The position numbers and the translations under genes are program-made. Below, one piece after another: positions 24,379 to 35,680 of a stretch of 64,000 bases of DNA (its first letter is position 1; each line of letters opens with the position of its first letter). The DNA comes from Lama glama (Eukaryota): contig CM052816.1 in assembly GCA_028534125.1 (NCBI GenBank), positions 95,234,001 through 95,298,000 of the forward strand, in the 5' to 3' direction. The notes beneath the pieces were generated by a model. That model did no database searches. It had not been told where the DNA came from and saw nothing but the letters and a program-made list of their open reading frames with translations.

Positions 24379-27320
24379 TTTCTTTTTTAAGATAAAGGTC
24401 CCAATCACTGCTACAAATCTATGAAACATTTAAGCCCCCCTCCCCAGGAGTAAAGGGAGACACCCCTGTACTGGGTCTGTGATGTGGGCTTTCCTGAGCC
24501 AATAGAGCAAAAGGGTGGAGGGGCCTTTGAAAAATTTCAGCGAGAGGCCCTGGAAATTAAGCATGCATGAGGGGAACCACATCAAGAAAGGAGTGCGATA
24601 TTTTAAATTTAGCGTAATTGGGCCTAATTTGGTCCAAGAGCTGTCTGACATTCAAATTGCCGTTCTGCAACACTGAAGACAGCACAGACACTTCCTCTGG
24701 TTTCAGTACTTTCTCCAGAGCAGCCAGGGCGGGGAGGCTGAACCTCAGGAGAGAAGTGAAGAGTGAAGGAGAACTGTGGCAGCTGCCACCGTCCCCAGGC
24801 TGGTGGGAATAAAAGCAAGCAGGAACCTAAGAGACAGCAGAGCGCGTTTTGAATGTTACTGAAGAATTGTTTGACAAGTATTTACATGTTGCATATTAAA
24901 TTATGCAGTCCTTTTACAGCCATAAATATTTCAGAAAGGAGACTGAGTGCTGAGCACATCCAAAATCTCAGGAGCCAGGAAAGAACACAGTTTCTTCAAC
25001 AAAACCCATCTGATCCTTAATTACACAAACCAAAGGAAACTTCTGTCAGCTAAGGCAAACTCTCTTCTTAGCTGACCAGAGATGGGCAGCTCAACAAACA
25101 CACTCCTCACCTCCAGAAAGGAAAAAAAAAAAAAAAAAGCCGTTAAAGGCATTTTACTTCTGGGAAGCTGCTGGCAGCAGCACCTGTGGTTCTGGAGTTA
25201 ATGCAATTACCCTGCTCCTCCGCCAAAAGCGCTGGGGCTTTGCGTAAGCTTTTACTGTTACTCCTCATAGACCACATCCAAAGGGCTCCTGCCTCAGGGC
25301 CTTTGCACTTGCTGTGCCCGCTGCCTGGAGAGCTTTTCCTGTTATCTTCTCTACATCTTTACTCAGATGTCATCTGTTCTGTCAGATGACCATCCTACCC
25401 ATAATTTCAGCCCTCAGTCTCTTGAGTATCTGGATGGTCTTACCCAGCTCCCAGTACTGCTGTCTTAGATAAAGATGGGAGGATAGGCCTCTGTGGGGAG
25501 ATGCCCTTAAGACCAGAACCTGAAGGCAATGAGGAAACAAGTCACGGGATCATCTGGGGAAGCACAGCACAGCCCCAAAACCCTACATTGGCAGGTTGAA
25601 ACCAGATTGTTTCTCCATTTCCTATTCCAGGGTGGCCTCTCAGCTAGCCCCAGGCAGCCTCTCCAGCTTCAGTGCCCACATTGTCCGGCACCACCACCAA
25701 CCACTCTGCACCTGCCACCAACTCCTTGGTTCCATCTGCCTGGCTAGAATGTCCCTCCACCACCTCCTCCGCCAGCCTTCCCTCTCTGGGCTTCCAAAAT
25801 TGTCCTCAGCTCCCTGCTTCCAGGCCCCTTGCTCCATATTTCTGTAGTGCCCCCCTCATATCCTGCCTCTGGCTGTAAGCACCAGACTCTTACTCTCTAA
25901 GCACTGGGTACTATTACTCTGAGTTCTTCTCTCCTCAACTAAAAGATTAAGACTCTCCAGGGAGAGACTGATTCACTTTCGAGTCTCCTGTAGTACCTAA
26001 CCATGCTCTGCACACAGTCACTTGTCAGTGACTTACTACCCCATCTGCCACCAGGTCGTGCATTTGGACACTGCGACACTTTATTCTTTCCCTGTGTCTC
26101 AGAAAGGCTGTTTGATCAACAGCATTGAGAAGCCACTGGGAAGAACAGAAGCTCTTGCCTCACCCCCTCACAAGCACAGAACTCAGGAAAGGCTCCCTCT
26201 ATCAGAAGATAAAAGAGCCGAAGGTCTGGCCGTTGATGGACCATGTGCCATTTCTCCATCATGATCTGATGGGGAGCAAAGCAGGCAGCTCAAAGCAGAA
26301 AACCAAAGGGAGACTCTGTAATCAAGGAGAAAAGCAGAGAGAAAAATAGCTTTGCCTGGCAGAAGGGAAAAAAGAAAAAAGCTGCAGGGTGTCCCATCCG
26401 AGCAAGGAGAAGGCAGGTGAGCGGAAACCAAGACAACACAGTACCAAGGCCATGTCAGGGTGTTGTGTGTGTCACAGCGTTTCGTGCTCACTGCCCCAGG
26501 AGGTATGCGCTGTCAGCCCTCCATCACCAGCGGGAAACTGAGGCCGTGAGGTGCTGAGAGCCTGCCTCCGGTTCTGTCGCCCTCCCCTGACTCTGTGCTG
26601 AGGGAGGGGCTTTCAAAAGTGGCCCAGAAACTCAGTCTGCCAGACCCGTGCCCCCCGTTGCCCTCTGTTGACGCCAGTGCAGCTGTTTTCAAATTCTTAT
26701 CTTTTGCCCCTAAAGGAAACCCAGTAAAGCAGAGCTCAGGGGAGCCTCAGAGTGGGGGCTGGGCCAGCCAGCCCCTGCCCTGCCCCCCTCCCCAGCCCAC
26801 TGAAGACCCCTGGCTGCCCAGAACGCGGGAGAGACCTCCCCCAACCGTGTTCTTCCTAATCCCTTTGGGACTTCCTTTAAAGCAGCCCTGGTTACCTGCT
26901 TCAGGAAACGGAGATCTCATATTAACAAATGTCTGTGAAAATTCAAGTTAGTAAAAGAGAAAGCAGGGCAGAAAAATCAGCTCTGGTCCCTCGGCCACCA
27001 GCGAGGGCAGAGGGAGGACTGAGGTGCAATCCTGGTGTCTCAGAGCCACCGCGGTGATGCTGCGCGAGGACTCACCTTAGCTCACGTAGCCCTAGCCGCC
27101 TCTGGGCCAGCACCGCCCGACACATGACACCCAAGCAAAGAACCATCCCCAAATTCAAATAATGCGTCAAGTTAGACAGTGACATTCACAGGCTCCTGTA
27201 TGCCTAAGCCAGGCCCAGACCACAGTCAGGGACAGACCACCCTGCCCTCTGAAATAAACCAAAGGCACAGGGTCCCACCAGTTCCCAAGTAAAGGCACAT
27301 CTCCCCCCAACCCCGACCCC

Positions 27321-27391
27321 TTTTTTTAATTGCACTGTAGTTATATGTGTGTACGTACATGTATAACTGAATCGCCTTGCTCTACACCTGA
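27321..27391 (-). mobile_element. Short L1 3' tip
   Basis: Poly(T) and L1 3'-terminal motifs (gtataactgaatcgccttgctctacacctgaaa). Internal orientation looks mixed, so the strand is uncertain. Confidence 0.5.
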
Positions 27392-27699
27392 AAAGCACAT
27401 CTTGTCTGTCAGTTGTGGGCTCTCTGAGCAAAAGCACTTCCACTCCTGATTTGTGCCAGGCAGAGGCTGCAGATCCCGCGGGACCGGGGGAATGTGACAT
27501 CAAAGCAGACCGCGGCCACTTTTTGCGCAGCACAGATTCACGGGCACTTGGCCGGGGTGGTCACTCTGCGGCTTGGTTTGGTTTTGTTTTGTTCTGTTTT
27601 TTCCCTCCAGGTGCTTTGGTGGGTGGTGTTCTGCAAGCCAGCCCTTCTCAAGCCAACTTTTTCTTTCTTTTTCTCAATGTTTCTCATCGGCTGAGTCTA

Positions 27700-30200
27700 G
27701 TCGTGACTCACGATACCCCGGTACCCCACCCCCACCCCGCTTGCCCGACCGCGTGTGTGCCCGCCCCTCCTTCGCCCTCCCCAGCGCCTGCCTCTGGGGG
27801 TGGCACTGGCTCTCCGCGGTGACCGTGCAGACAGCCAAGCCGGAGGTCACGCCGGTCACCAGGAGCGGGTCACCAGGCGCTGCCGGGCGTGGGAAGGGGG
27901 AGGGGTGCGAGTTAGCAGGTGGTCCGTGAGGAAACTCCGAACTCGGGTGGCCCCGAGGAGCCGCTCCGCGCTCGGGCGTGGAAGGGAAAGTGCAGGGGCG
28001 GCGCGAAGGGCCGAGAACCGCTAGGCAAAAGGGGTTTCCCCTGCAGGCGAGGAAGGGTAATGGTCAGAGGGAGCCCAGGGTGAAGGGACCCGGCGAGAGG
28101 CTTCCAACGTGGATCCCACCGAAGGCCCCCGGGGGATACAGAAGACTCCGGGGGAGGGAAACGAGAAGGGGTTGAGGTGAGCACGAGGGACGAGCGGCGT
28201 CTCCCGCGGCGCTGTGACCTCCGGCAAGGCAATCGTGCCGCCCACCCCAGCCTGGGATAAGCAGGCCACCCAAGGCTCCGCACGCGCCGCACGCCCAGAG
28301 AGCGAGGAACTGGCGCTCTCGGCCGCGGCAGAGTCACCGCGGGACCGGGACACAGTCGGGATCTGGGTGGAGCGGGGAATAGAAAGGAGGGCGGAGGGAA
28401 CTCGAACCCAGCGGGGACGCCCGCTTACCCGGCCGTTGCGATCGGTCTCCTGCACTTCCTCAGCGCTGGGGCCCCGCCGCACCAGCGCCCTCAGCAACCC
28501 CACGTCGTTGGCGCTGGCGGCGCGCAGGAGGGTCGCCGCCTCCGGGACGCCCTCCGGGACGCTCTCCGCGCTCACTGAGCTGTACTCCTCCTCGCCTTCA
28601 GAAGGGTAGAAGGAGTCGTCTGAAGCGATGCTATGGGTGTCTGGCAGACTCGAGAAGTCCTCGTACTCCTCGTAGTCATCTGGGTCCTCCCCGGCCTGCG
28701 CGTCCCGGGGTGGGGACGGCGGCTGCGGAGACACGCGGCGCGCCCCGCCGCCCTCCGGCCCGGGCCCGGCCAGCAGCACCATGCTGGCGGCCCGGGCGCG
28801 GGCCGGGGGCCGGGGAGCGGGCGGGGAGACCGGGACGCCGGGCGCGCACCGAGGTCACCGCCCCTTGTCCCTGGCGGCCCGAGAAAAGCAGTGCTCGGCG
28901 CGCTCCAGCCCGGCGGAAACGCGCGCCTGGCGGCTGCGCTCCAAGACTCGACTCACAGGAGGCTGGAGAAAACCCCTCGGGGAGGGGGGGTGGGAGGAGC
29001 CGCGGGGGCTTTCCGAACGCGGCGGGCGGGCGCGGGCAGGGACCCGGCGGGAGGCGGGCGGGGCGGCCGCGCGGGAGGAGGCGCGCTCCCCGGGTCCCGC
29101 GCCCGCGGCCCCGATCCTGGCAAAAGTTAAGAGCGAAGCCGGGGCTTCTCGGCACCGCGGGGACAGTGCATCTGTCTGCTTTGCCCCGGCACTGAGAAAT
29201 GCACGCGCGGGAGAACCAAAAGCAATAACTAAAGAACCCGAACGCCCTTGAAGCGGGCGGCGAGCGCCCCCCCTCCCCTCCGGCGGCCCAGGGATGAGGG
29301 CGAAGGTGGGGGTCGGAGGACGCCGCCGGCTGAGCCTGCTCCGGCGTCCGGAAGCCGAATCTCCCATGCCCGGAGCCGTGCGGGGCGTCAGGCCTCTGTA
29401 CTGCGGTGGGGGAGTTTCTCAGCGTCCGAGGCACGGAGCCCGTTTTTTCACCCCCCAGGGAGCCTGGGCTCTGGGGCCGACTTCACTCCAGTCTTAAGAC
29501 CCCGGGATCCTCGGGGCACACCGGGCACGAGGACAAGTGGATGCATGGAAGATGGTGTCCACCTAGGGGACTTGGACCAGGGCTGCGCTGCGGACCCTGC
29601 CCCTCTGAACTGAGCCCTCTGGGCTGCCACGGGAAAGTCCCAACCCGGGACGCAGAGTCCCCAGGTCACTCAAACCCGGGCCAACTGTGGCTTGCTGGTT
29701 GCTCCTAGAAAAGCGACCCCGGGGAGGTGTCCAGGAGCCTCGGGGTAGACGGGGTGGACATTAGACTGGGAAAGGACGGCTCCAGGCCAGAGTGGTGAAG
29801 GGTTTCCTCCTCCCCCACGCTTGGCCAATGTCACCGTGCCTGGATCTGCGGAGCCGAGACGGATTAACGGGGTGAAGCCGCGATGGGGCGCTGACTCTGC
29901 AGCTGGCTGCCAAACCCAGAGAGTAGACATGCAGGCGATGGCCGTGGTCCGGTCCCCGAACCCACCCGGGCCGAAACTGGGCCTCTCTCCGTCTGTTCCG
30001 GTTCGCGTGTGAGAATCTGCTGCGGGGAGCCCCTCACCTCCGGGAAGAGGGCGCACTATGGGCCAAATCCTCGTGGAAAAGGCTTTGCGTGGAGGCGCAG
30101 TGTGAGGACGCGCCCCGAGCCTGGATTAGGGGTGTAGCATCTTTGACAGAAAGCGTGGCCGGTCCAGGGGCGGATGTGGAAACCAGGAGGGAGACACTAC
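27700..30200. promoter_or_regulatory. ANKRD33B: CpG-island promoter of ANKRD33B with GC boxes
   Basis: Very high GC and CpG density around exon 1. GGGCGG/GGGCGGG motifs at ~29020-29070. Many overlapping GC-rich shadow ORFs. No obvious TATA box. Confidence 0.9.
28429..28782 (-). CDS. ANKRD33B: ANKRD33B coding exon 1 (acidic N-terminus and start of first ankyrin repeat); gene continues leftward beyond the window
   Basis: Translation [15 protein letters not shown]...[19 protein letters not shown]...[22 protein letters not shown]...QETDRNGR matches the ANKRD33B N-terminus as I recall it. Strong Kozak (gccagcATGG). Similarity ends at CGG|GTAAGC, a canonical phase-0 donor (GT at 28428-28427). 354 nt = 118 codons. 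Confidence 0.93.
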
Positions 30201-32131
30201 CTCTTTCTGTCCCCTCTCCCTCCTTTCCTTCTTTTCTCCGCGCCCCCCCCCACCCCCAACCTTTACAGCGTGTCTACCAGGTACCAGCCTGTGAGAGGTC
30301 CTCGGAGTGCAAAGGTGAACAAAACTGGGTGGACGCAGGCACTGGGGACAAGCTTGAAGACCCCAGGACTAGGCGGACAAGCTGAGGGGCACAGTGAGGA
30401 ACACGGTCCAAAATACCCGGTGAGGGCGGTGGAGGCCAGAGCGAGGTCTGAACTGCAGAGGCCTCTGGATCTTGGGCCTCAGGTGTTACACTGCGCTGAG
30501 CCGACCCACTGTGGTGACCACCCGGGCCTCCAATGCCTTCTGGGCCCGCTGGGATGTCGGCATCCCGGGGGCTGAGAGGGCAGGGGCCAGAGAACAGCGA
30601 CTTCTGGTAAAGAACGATGGATGCCTGAGCGAGCCCTTGAGCAGAAGTGAACTTGAGCACACTGGCCCCTCCTGTAGTCCGGGGCTTTCTCTCTGAAGGC
30701 AAAAATACCCCAAATCAGGGTTTGATTTTAACTTTTTCCTCTAACTGGTCCCATTTACATAAATTCCCACTGGAAATTTCCCCCTTTCAAGGTTGTTGGT
30801 CGTTTTGGTGTTTCCAGAGGCCTGTTGATGAAGTCAGGGGATTTACAAATGGAAGTGACCTTCCCCCACACCCCTGCCTTTCCGATGGCTCAGGACAGTG
30901 TTGGGTTTGCTAGCTCTCCTTTTCTCCCAGCCAGAACCGGCACTGTGTTGTATTAAAGAAAGAACCCCAGCGGCCAGCAGGTGACAGGGTCCCCTGGGGG
31001 GGTTGGGGGGGGCTTGGGGCTGCAATCTGGAGTGGAGCACCACTTACCCCCTTCTGGAGTCCTTAGGTCCTCATCCCTGGTCACTTAGCAGCAAAATTCA
31101 AGCTCAGTCTTAAGAGTTCACCACTTCCTCCTTTCCTTCCTCAGTAATTTGGGTCCAAATAGCACTAAATGGTTTCACCTTTAAAGATAAACTTTGGGAA
31201 CAGCCCTTCTCCAAAGAAGAGCTAGCTGTTTGTGAGTGGTTAGACTCCAAACCCACGCTGATTAATTTCACCTTTAGAAATGCACCCCTTTTTCCACAAA
31301 GACTAGACTCTCAATGTAAACCAGTCACATTTTGCAAAATTGTATTTTATCCATGACTTGTTCTGTTTCAATGAACTATTTTAATTTATGACTTTTTAAA
31401 GTTTACATATGTATGGTGATTAAACAACTTGTTGATTTAGTTGAATAATTTGTCTTCAAGCCGTTAAAATTCACTACTTTAGTTATGTTTCTCAAATAGG
31501 CCACCTAACTGTAACACCTACAACAGGAAGATCTTTTAAAATTACAAGCAGTGTATTTAAAGACTGAAAACCAAGTGCACCTGTAGTGATTTCCACCCCC
31601 ACCCCTACCCCCACCGCCCAACTTTGTTTGGAAGGGAAATTGAGTGGAGGGGAACCTAACGGTGAAGCAAATGGTGAACCCACCCCACTGCTCATAAAAT
31701 AACCAGGGTCCCACCTCCCCTGGTAGACTGAATGCCAGAGTGATTTTAAACATTTCACGTTGTCTGGAATTTAGCACACAATAAGTGTGAACTTTCATTA
31801 TTATTAAAATGAAGTATCCATTGGCCTTATGATATAAACTGCTCTACAGAAGCTGCTTCTCCAAATGTGTTGCCCTGTTTGCCGAGAGAATAGCCCACGT
31901 GAGGTGAATGAGAAATGCATTTTATTTTTTTCTTTTCGGAGGCAGTGTAGCTTGGGATAAAGAGCGGTTGTGATATCAGATAGAATCATCTCCCAATTAG
32001 GGCTCCTCCACTGTTGGGTTGCAACCATAATAGTTCTAGATTTTGGCTCTGTTACTGGGTACACCAGTGTTTATTTGACCAATCCCCTAGTCTTGATATT
32101 TAAGATATTTATAGCATTTTCTCACTTTATC

Positions 32132-32613
32132 TGTAAAGGGGGAAAAAATGTTGCCTGCCTGCCCTTCCAGTCCTACAAGAATCAAGTCAGTCATAAGCTA
32201 CTGCAGTCACCCAGCAACAGAGGAATTAAGGATGGGGAAAAAAAAGGGGGGGAGTATTCAGTGCTTTGGATACTGGCCCCTAGATGATTAAGATACACAT
32301 CCAAGGAAAAATTTCAATGATCCAGATTCTTGCTTCTTCCCAAACATAGAAAAGCACAAAAATCACGAACTCTGGGTGTCTGTTCTCCGTGACTAGCAGT
32401 GATCTTTTGATGTTTGACTCCATGTTTTTTCCAGCAAAAAAATTGATATATATCCTGTCTCTTCCCCTTACCTCTTTCAGAGAAGTCCTTCAGAGCTGTC
32501 TGAGAGGCCGTCTCCCAGAGGCTGGGAGCAGAGGTTTTCCTACCTCTCAGGAAGTTCCCCGAAGAAAAGTCAACTCACAACTTTTATATTGTGCATTTTT
32601 ATTTTAGTCGACA
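32132..32613 (+). mobile_element. ERV1-class solo LTR (482 bp)
   Basis: TG...CA termini (TGTAAAGGG...AGTCGACA) and a 4-bp TSD TATC at 32128-32131 and 32614-32617. TATA-like gatatatatcc. The poly(A) signal position reads AAGAAA. Confidence 0.85.
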
Positions 32614-32946
32614 TATCCAAATGTACCCTTGCCTGGTATTTCCTTAAAAGAACCTCTCACATCAGGTGGCTTGAGCGTCTTTAACTCCAATATTTTCTTC
32701 ATGGCTGTATTCAAAATGGTAACCCAAAGTCGAGGCACCTGGGAAAGAAACTCAAGAAATGTGCTTCTGAGCTACCCCCCACCCCTGCCCAATGATCTCA
32801 AACAGGAAGTCTTGGCAGAAAACATTTCTTGTCTCTTGCTGTTCTACAAATAACCAAATTCCAGTGGAAAACCCATAGGGTGGGGCGGTGTAGACATGGC
32901 AAAATGAAAGCAAATTTCCTGAGATAATACACATCTAATAATTTCC

Positions 32947-33042
32947 TTTGTTTCTTTTTTTTCAATAGAGGTACTGGGGATTGAACCCAGGACCTCGTGC
33001 ATGCTGCCCACACTACCACTGAGCTAGACCCACCCCTGCCCC
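32947..33042 (-). mobile_element. Vic-1-like SINE
   Basis: gaggtactggggattgaacccaggacctcgtgcatgct...accactgagcta. TSD-like aata(a/g)tttcct. Confidence 0.82.
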
Positions 33043-35244
33043 CAATAGTTTCCTCTGTTGCTGTTCTTCAAGCTTCCCAGAGTTGGTTTCCTTATTAGCA
33101 ACTAAAAGAGCTTTAATTCTGGGGGAGAAAAAAGCATTTTTAAAAACGACACCAATACAAGCCAATGGGGAAAAAAAACAATCGGAAAAAAAATAGGAAA
33201 AACATTCATTGTGCTGTCTGTTACAAGTGGTTGATGGCCAGAATATAGAGAGATGGCTTGCAAATTGAGAAGAAAAAGCTGAGCATATTTATCCATTTTG
33301 TTAACCCTGTTGTCCCCTGGTGAGCTCTATTGCCACTCACCAGGGGACAAAAGCCCATCAAGATGAAAAGAGCTGTTCGCTTGCCTGGGTAGCTGCGGAG
33401 GAGGGCACCCAGGCAGGCTTGGGTCCTGCCTTCTTGGAATCTAGACTGAGTGATGGCCGTAGTTAAAAGGTAAGGAAAGTAGCCCAGAGCCTAGGGCTGG
33501 CGTCAAAGAAAAAATGGGGGCTCAAGGAGACCCTCAGCATGGCTTGTGAAGGCTGAGACCATCTTCCCCACTTCCTCTGAGAAAACATCCTCAAGGATGG
33601 AGTTTGGAGAAGCTCGTAACCTCCCGAAGTTGGCCGCAGGCTCCTCCAGCTCTCTGGCTGCCCATGTGAGACATAGACGTGTGTGGGGGTTGGGACATCT
33701 CTTAGTCACTCACTGAAAAACAAAAAAACCGAAGAAACCAGTTTAAACAAACCAAAATTATCTGGTCTGAAATTTTTGGAGATTTCCCTTAGTTAACTGT
33801 AATAAACAGAAACAACCTAGAGTGTCCTGAAGTCCATCTACAAAACGGCTGGGCCAGATTACTCTTCTGATCCACTTAGAAACACAAGGAAAAGTCTCTT
33901 GTGTATTTCTGGAGCTCCCTATTAAAGAGATTAGCGGCTCTTCAGCCCTTCAGCTCCGCTCAGTTGACAGCCGCGAGATCCCTCCCAATGTCACCTGGAT
34001 CTGTGCAACCATTTAAGAACTTCTCTCTCTTTTAGGGAGGATTTTCTGCCTTTGTGGTTGAGTATTTGGCAGGAGTACATGCATGTGTGCACCTAACTGC
34101 CAGTGCTTCTGCCTTTTTCCTGCTCTTGATGGGAAGTAACAGTAAAAGGCTAAAACTAGAAAAGTCACGTTTACTCCAGGGACAAAAAGGCCTTGGATCC
34201 TCATCTGAATAAAAGTGGTTGGATTTTTAAGGCCAGTGTAGGGAGCCTCATGTGATATGAACAGCTATTAAAAGATCTACTCAACAGAAGGCTTCTCCCT
34301 GACCCACCCGGGCCCCCTCACCCCAGGTGCAGGGCAAACTCCCCCTACTTTCCCCATCCCACCCCTTTGTTCATGACCCTGAAATAGCTCTTATTACCCT
34401 GTTTCCAACAACTTTTTGCAAGACTGTCTTCCTTCTTATAACCTGAGAGTTTACCAAGTTCAAGGACCACTTCTTATTAGTGTATTTTAATCCCCAGCAC
34501 CTAAGAAGCTGTCTTACCATTTTGGTAGATGCTCAATAAATCCTTGTTGAATGGAAGTAAAGGCAGGGTCTGCTGGACCAGGCCGCAGCTGTCTCCGAGG
34601 ACCTTCTGAATTTAGATCCAATCAGGCACAGAGCAAGAATCTGAACTTTCTTTAGCCAGCGGTACTTCCAAGTCTTTGGACCTTCAGGAATTAAACAACA
34701 ACACACCATCCAAGGCAGGAAGACCTAGGACGCTGGAGTATGTCTGGATTCTGTACCAGCTCCTGACCATCACTGGTTCCCTATAAAGCCGGAGCATTAC
34801 CCTGCCGTGTGTAACCACCATATGCAGACTGCTGGGGCCACGCACCAAGGAGACTTGGGGTTCACCCAGGGCTGGAGGTGCTGTTTCTAGATGTCCCTCT
34901 TGTGAAATAGGGGGGATGGAGCAACACACACAGCTCTGAGCCTGGACTCACATGTGCTTAGGGCAAGGTGTCCGGCTTGTGGCCCCATCACTTTCCCTAA
35001 CTGAGCATAAATTCAGTAATCAAAGCAAAGACTAAATCAGAAATTTTAAATTACTATGATGAATCATAAAGTTTGGCTTACACCTACCACTTGGCCTAAT
35101 TCGCCTAGGTGGATTTCATGTCAAAAATACTCCCAGGGGGACAAAGCTAAGGGCAGAGAGAACCAGAGCCGCACATGCAGTGCATGATGGGAGAATCATG
35201 GGGCAGATATTCTAAAAATGAAGTGAAAGTTAATTCCCTGCCAC

Positions 35245-35680
35245 ATTAGCTTACTAGTATTTTTGTAACAAAACATCACAAAGTGGGTGGCTTAACCACT
35301 AAAGATTTATTCTCTCCCAGTTCTGGAGGCTAGAAGCCTGAGATCAAGGTGTCAGAAGGGTCAGTTTCTTCTAAGGCTGTGAGAGAGAGAATCTGGTCCA
35401 CGCTCCTCCCAGACTCCTGGAGGCTTGCTGGCCATCCTTGGCGTTGATGCTTGTAGAAGCATCACCCCATTTCTGCCTCCATATGTATGTCTGTCTCTGT
35501 ATCCAAATCTCCCCTCTTTTTAGGGACACCAGGCATACTGGATAAGAGCCCATCCTCATGACCTCATCAGAACTAATTACATCTGCCACAACCCTACTTT
35601 TAAATAAAGTGACATTATGAGGTACTGGGGCTTAGGACTTCCAACATATGAATTTTAGGGGTACACATTTCAACCCATAA
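35245..35680 (-). mobile_element. MLT1-type MaLR solo LTR
   Basis: tttattctctcccagttctggaggctagaagcctgagatcaaggtgtcag ... ttaggacttccaacatatgaatttt...caacccataac. Confidence 0.82.

Larger units (their letters stand above)
1..28428 (-). other. ANKRD33B: ANKRD33B intron 1 (partial)
   Basis: Begins at the GTAAG donor and is repeat-rich. No peptide resembling the expected next exon (TGLIVACYHG...) was seen by eye or in the ORF track. Confidence 0.75.

Noticed and set aside
28021..28428. C-terminal 135 aa of the 253-aa minus-strand ORF
   Set aside because: It is read-through past a canonical GTAAG donor into the GC-rich intron, and similarity to ANKRD33B stops at the donor.
28633..29434. Overlapping 150-250 aa ORFs on both strands, including a + strand ATG sharing the CATG of the ANKRD33B start
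   Set aside because: Arg/Gly/Pro/Ala-rich shadow ORFs are expected from stop-codon scarcity in a CpG island. No recognisable domain.
30040..30060. CTCF-like motifs (also ~26993-27010 and ~39735-39750)
   Set aside because: Several mismatches to the core consensus. Cannot be supported without PWM scoring or ChIP data.
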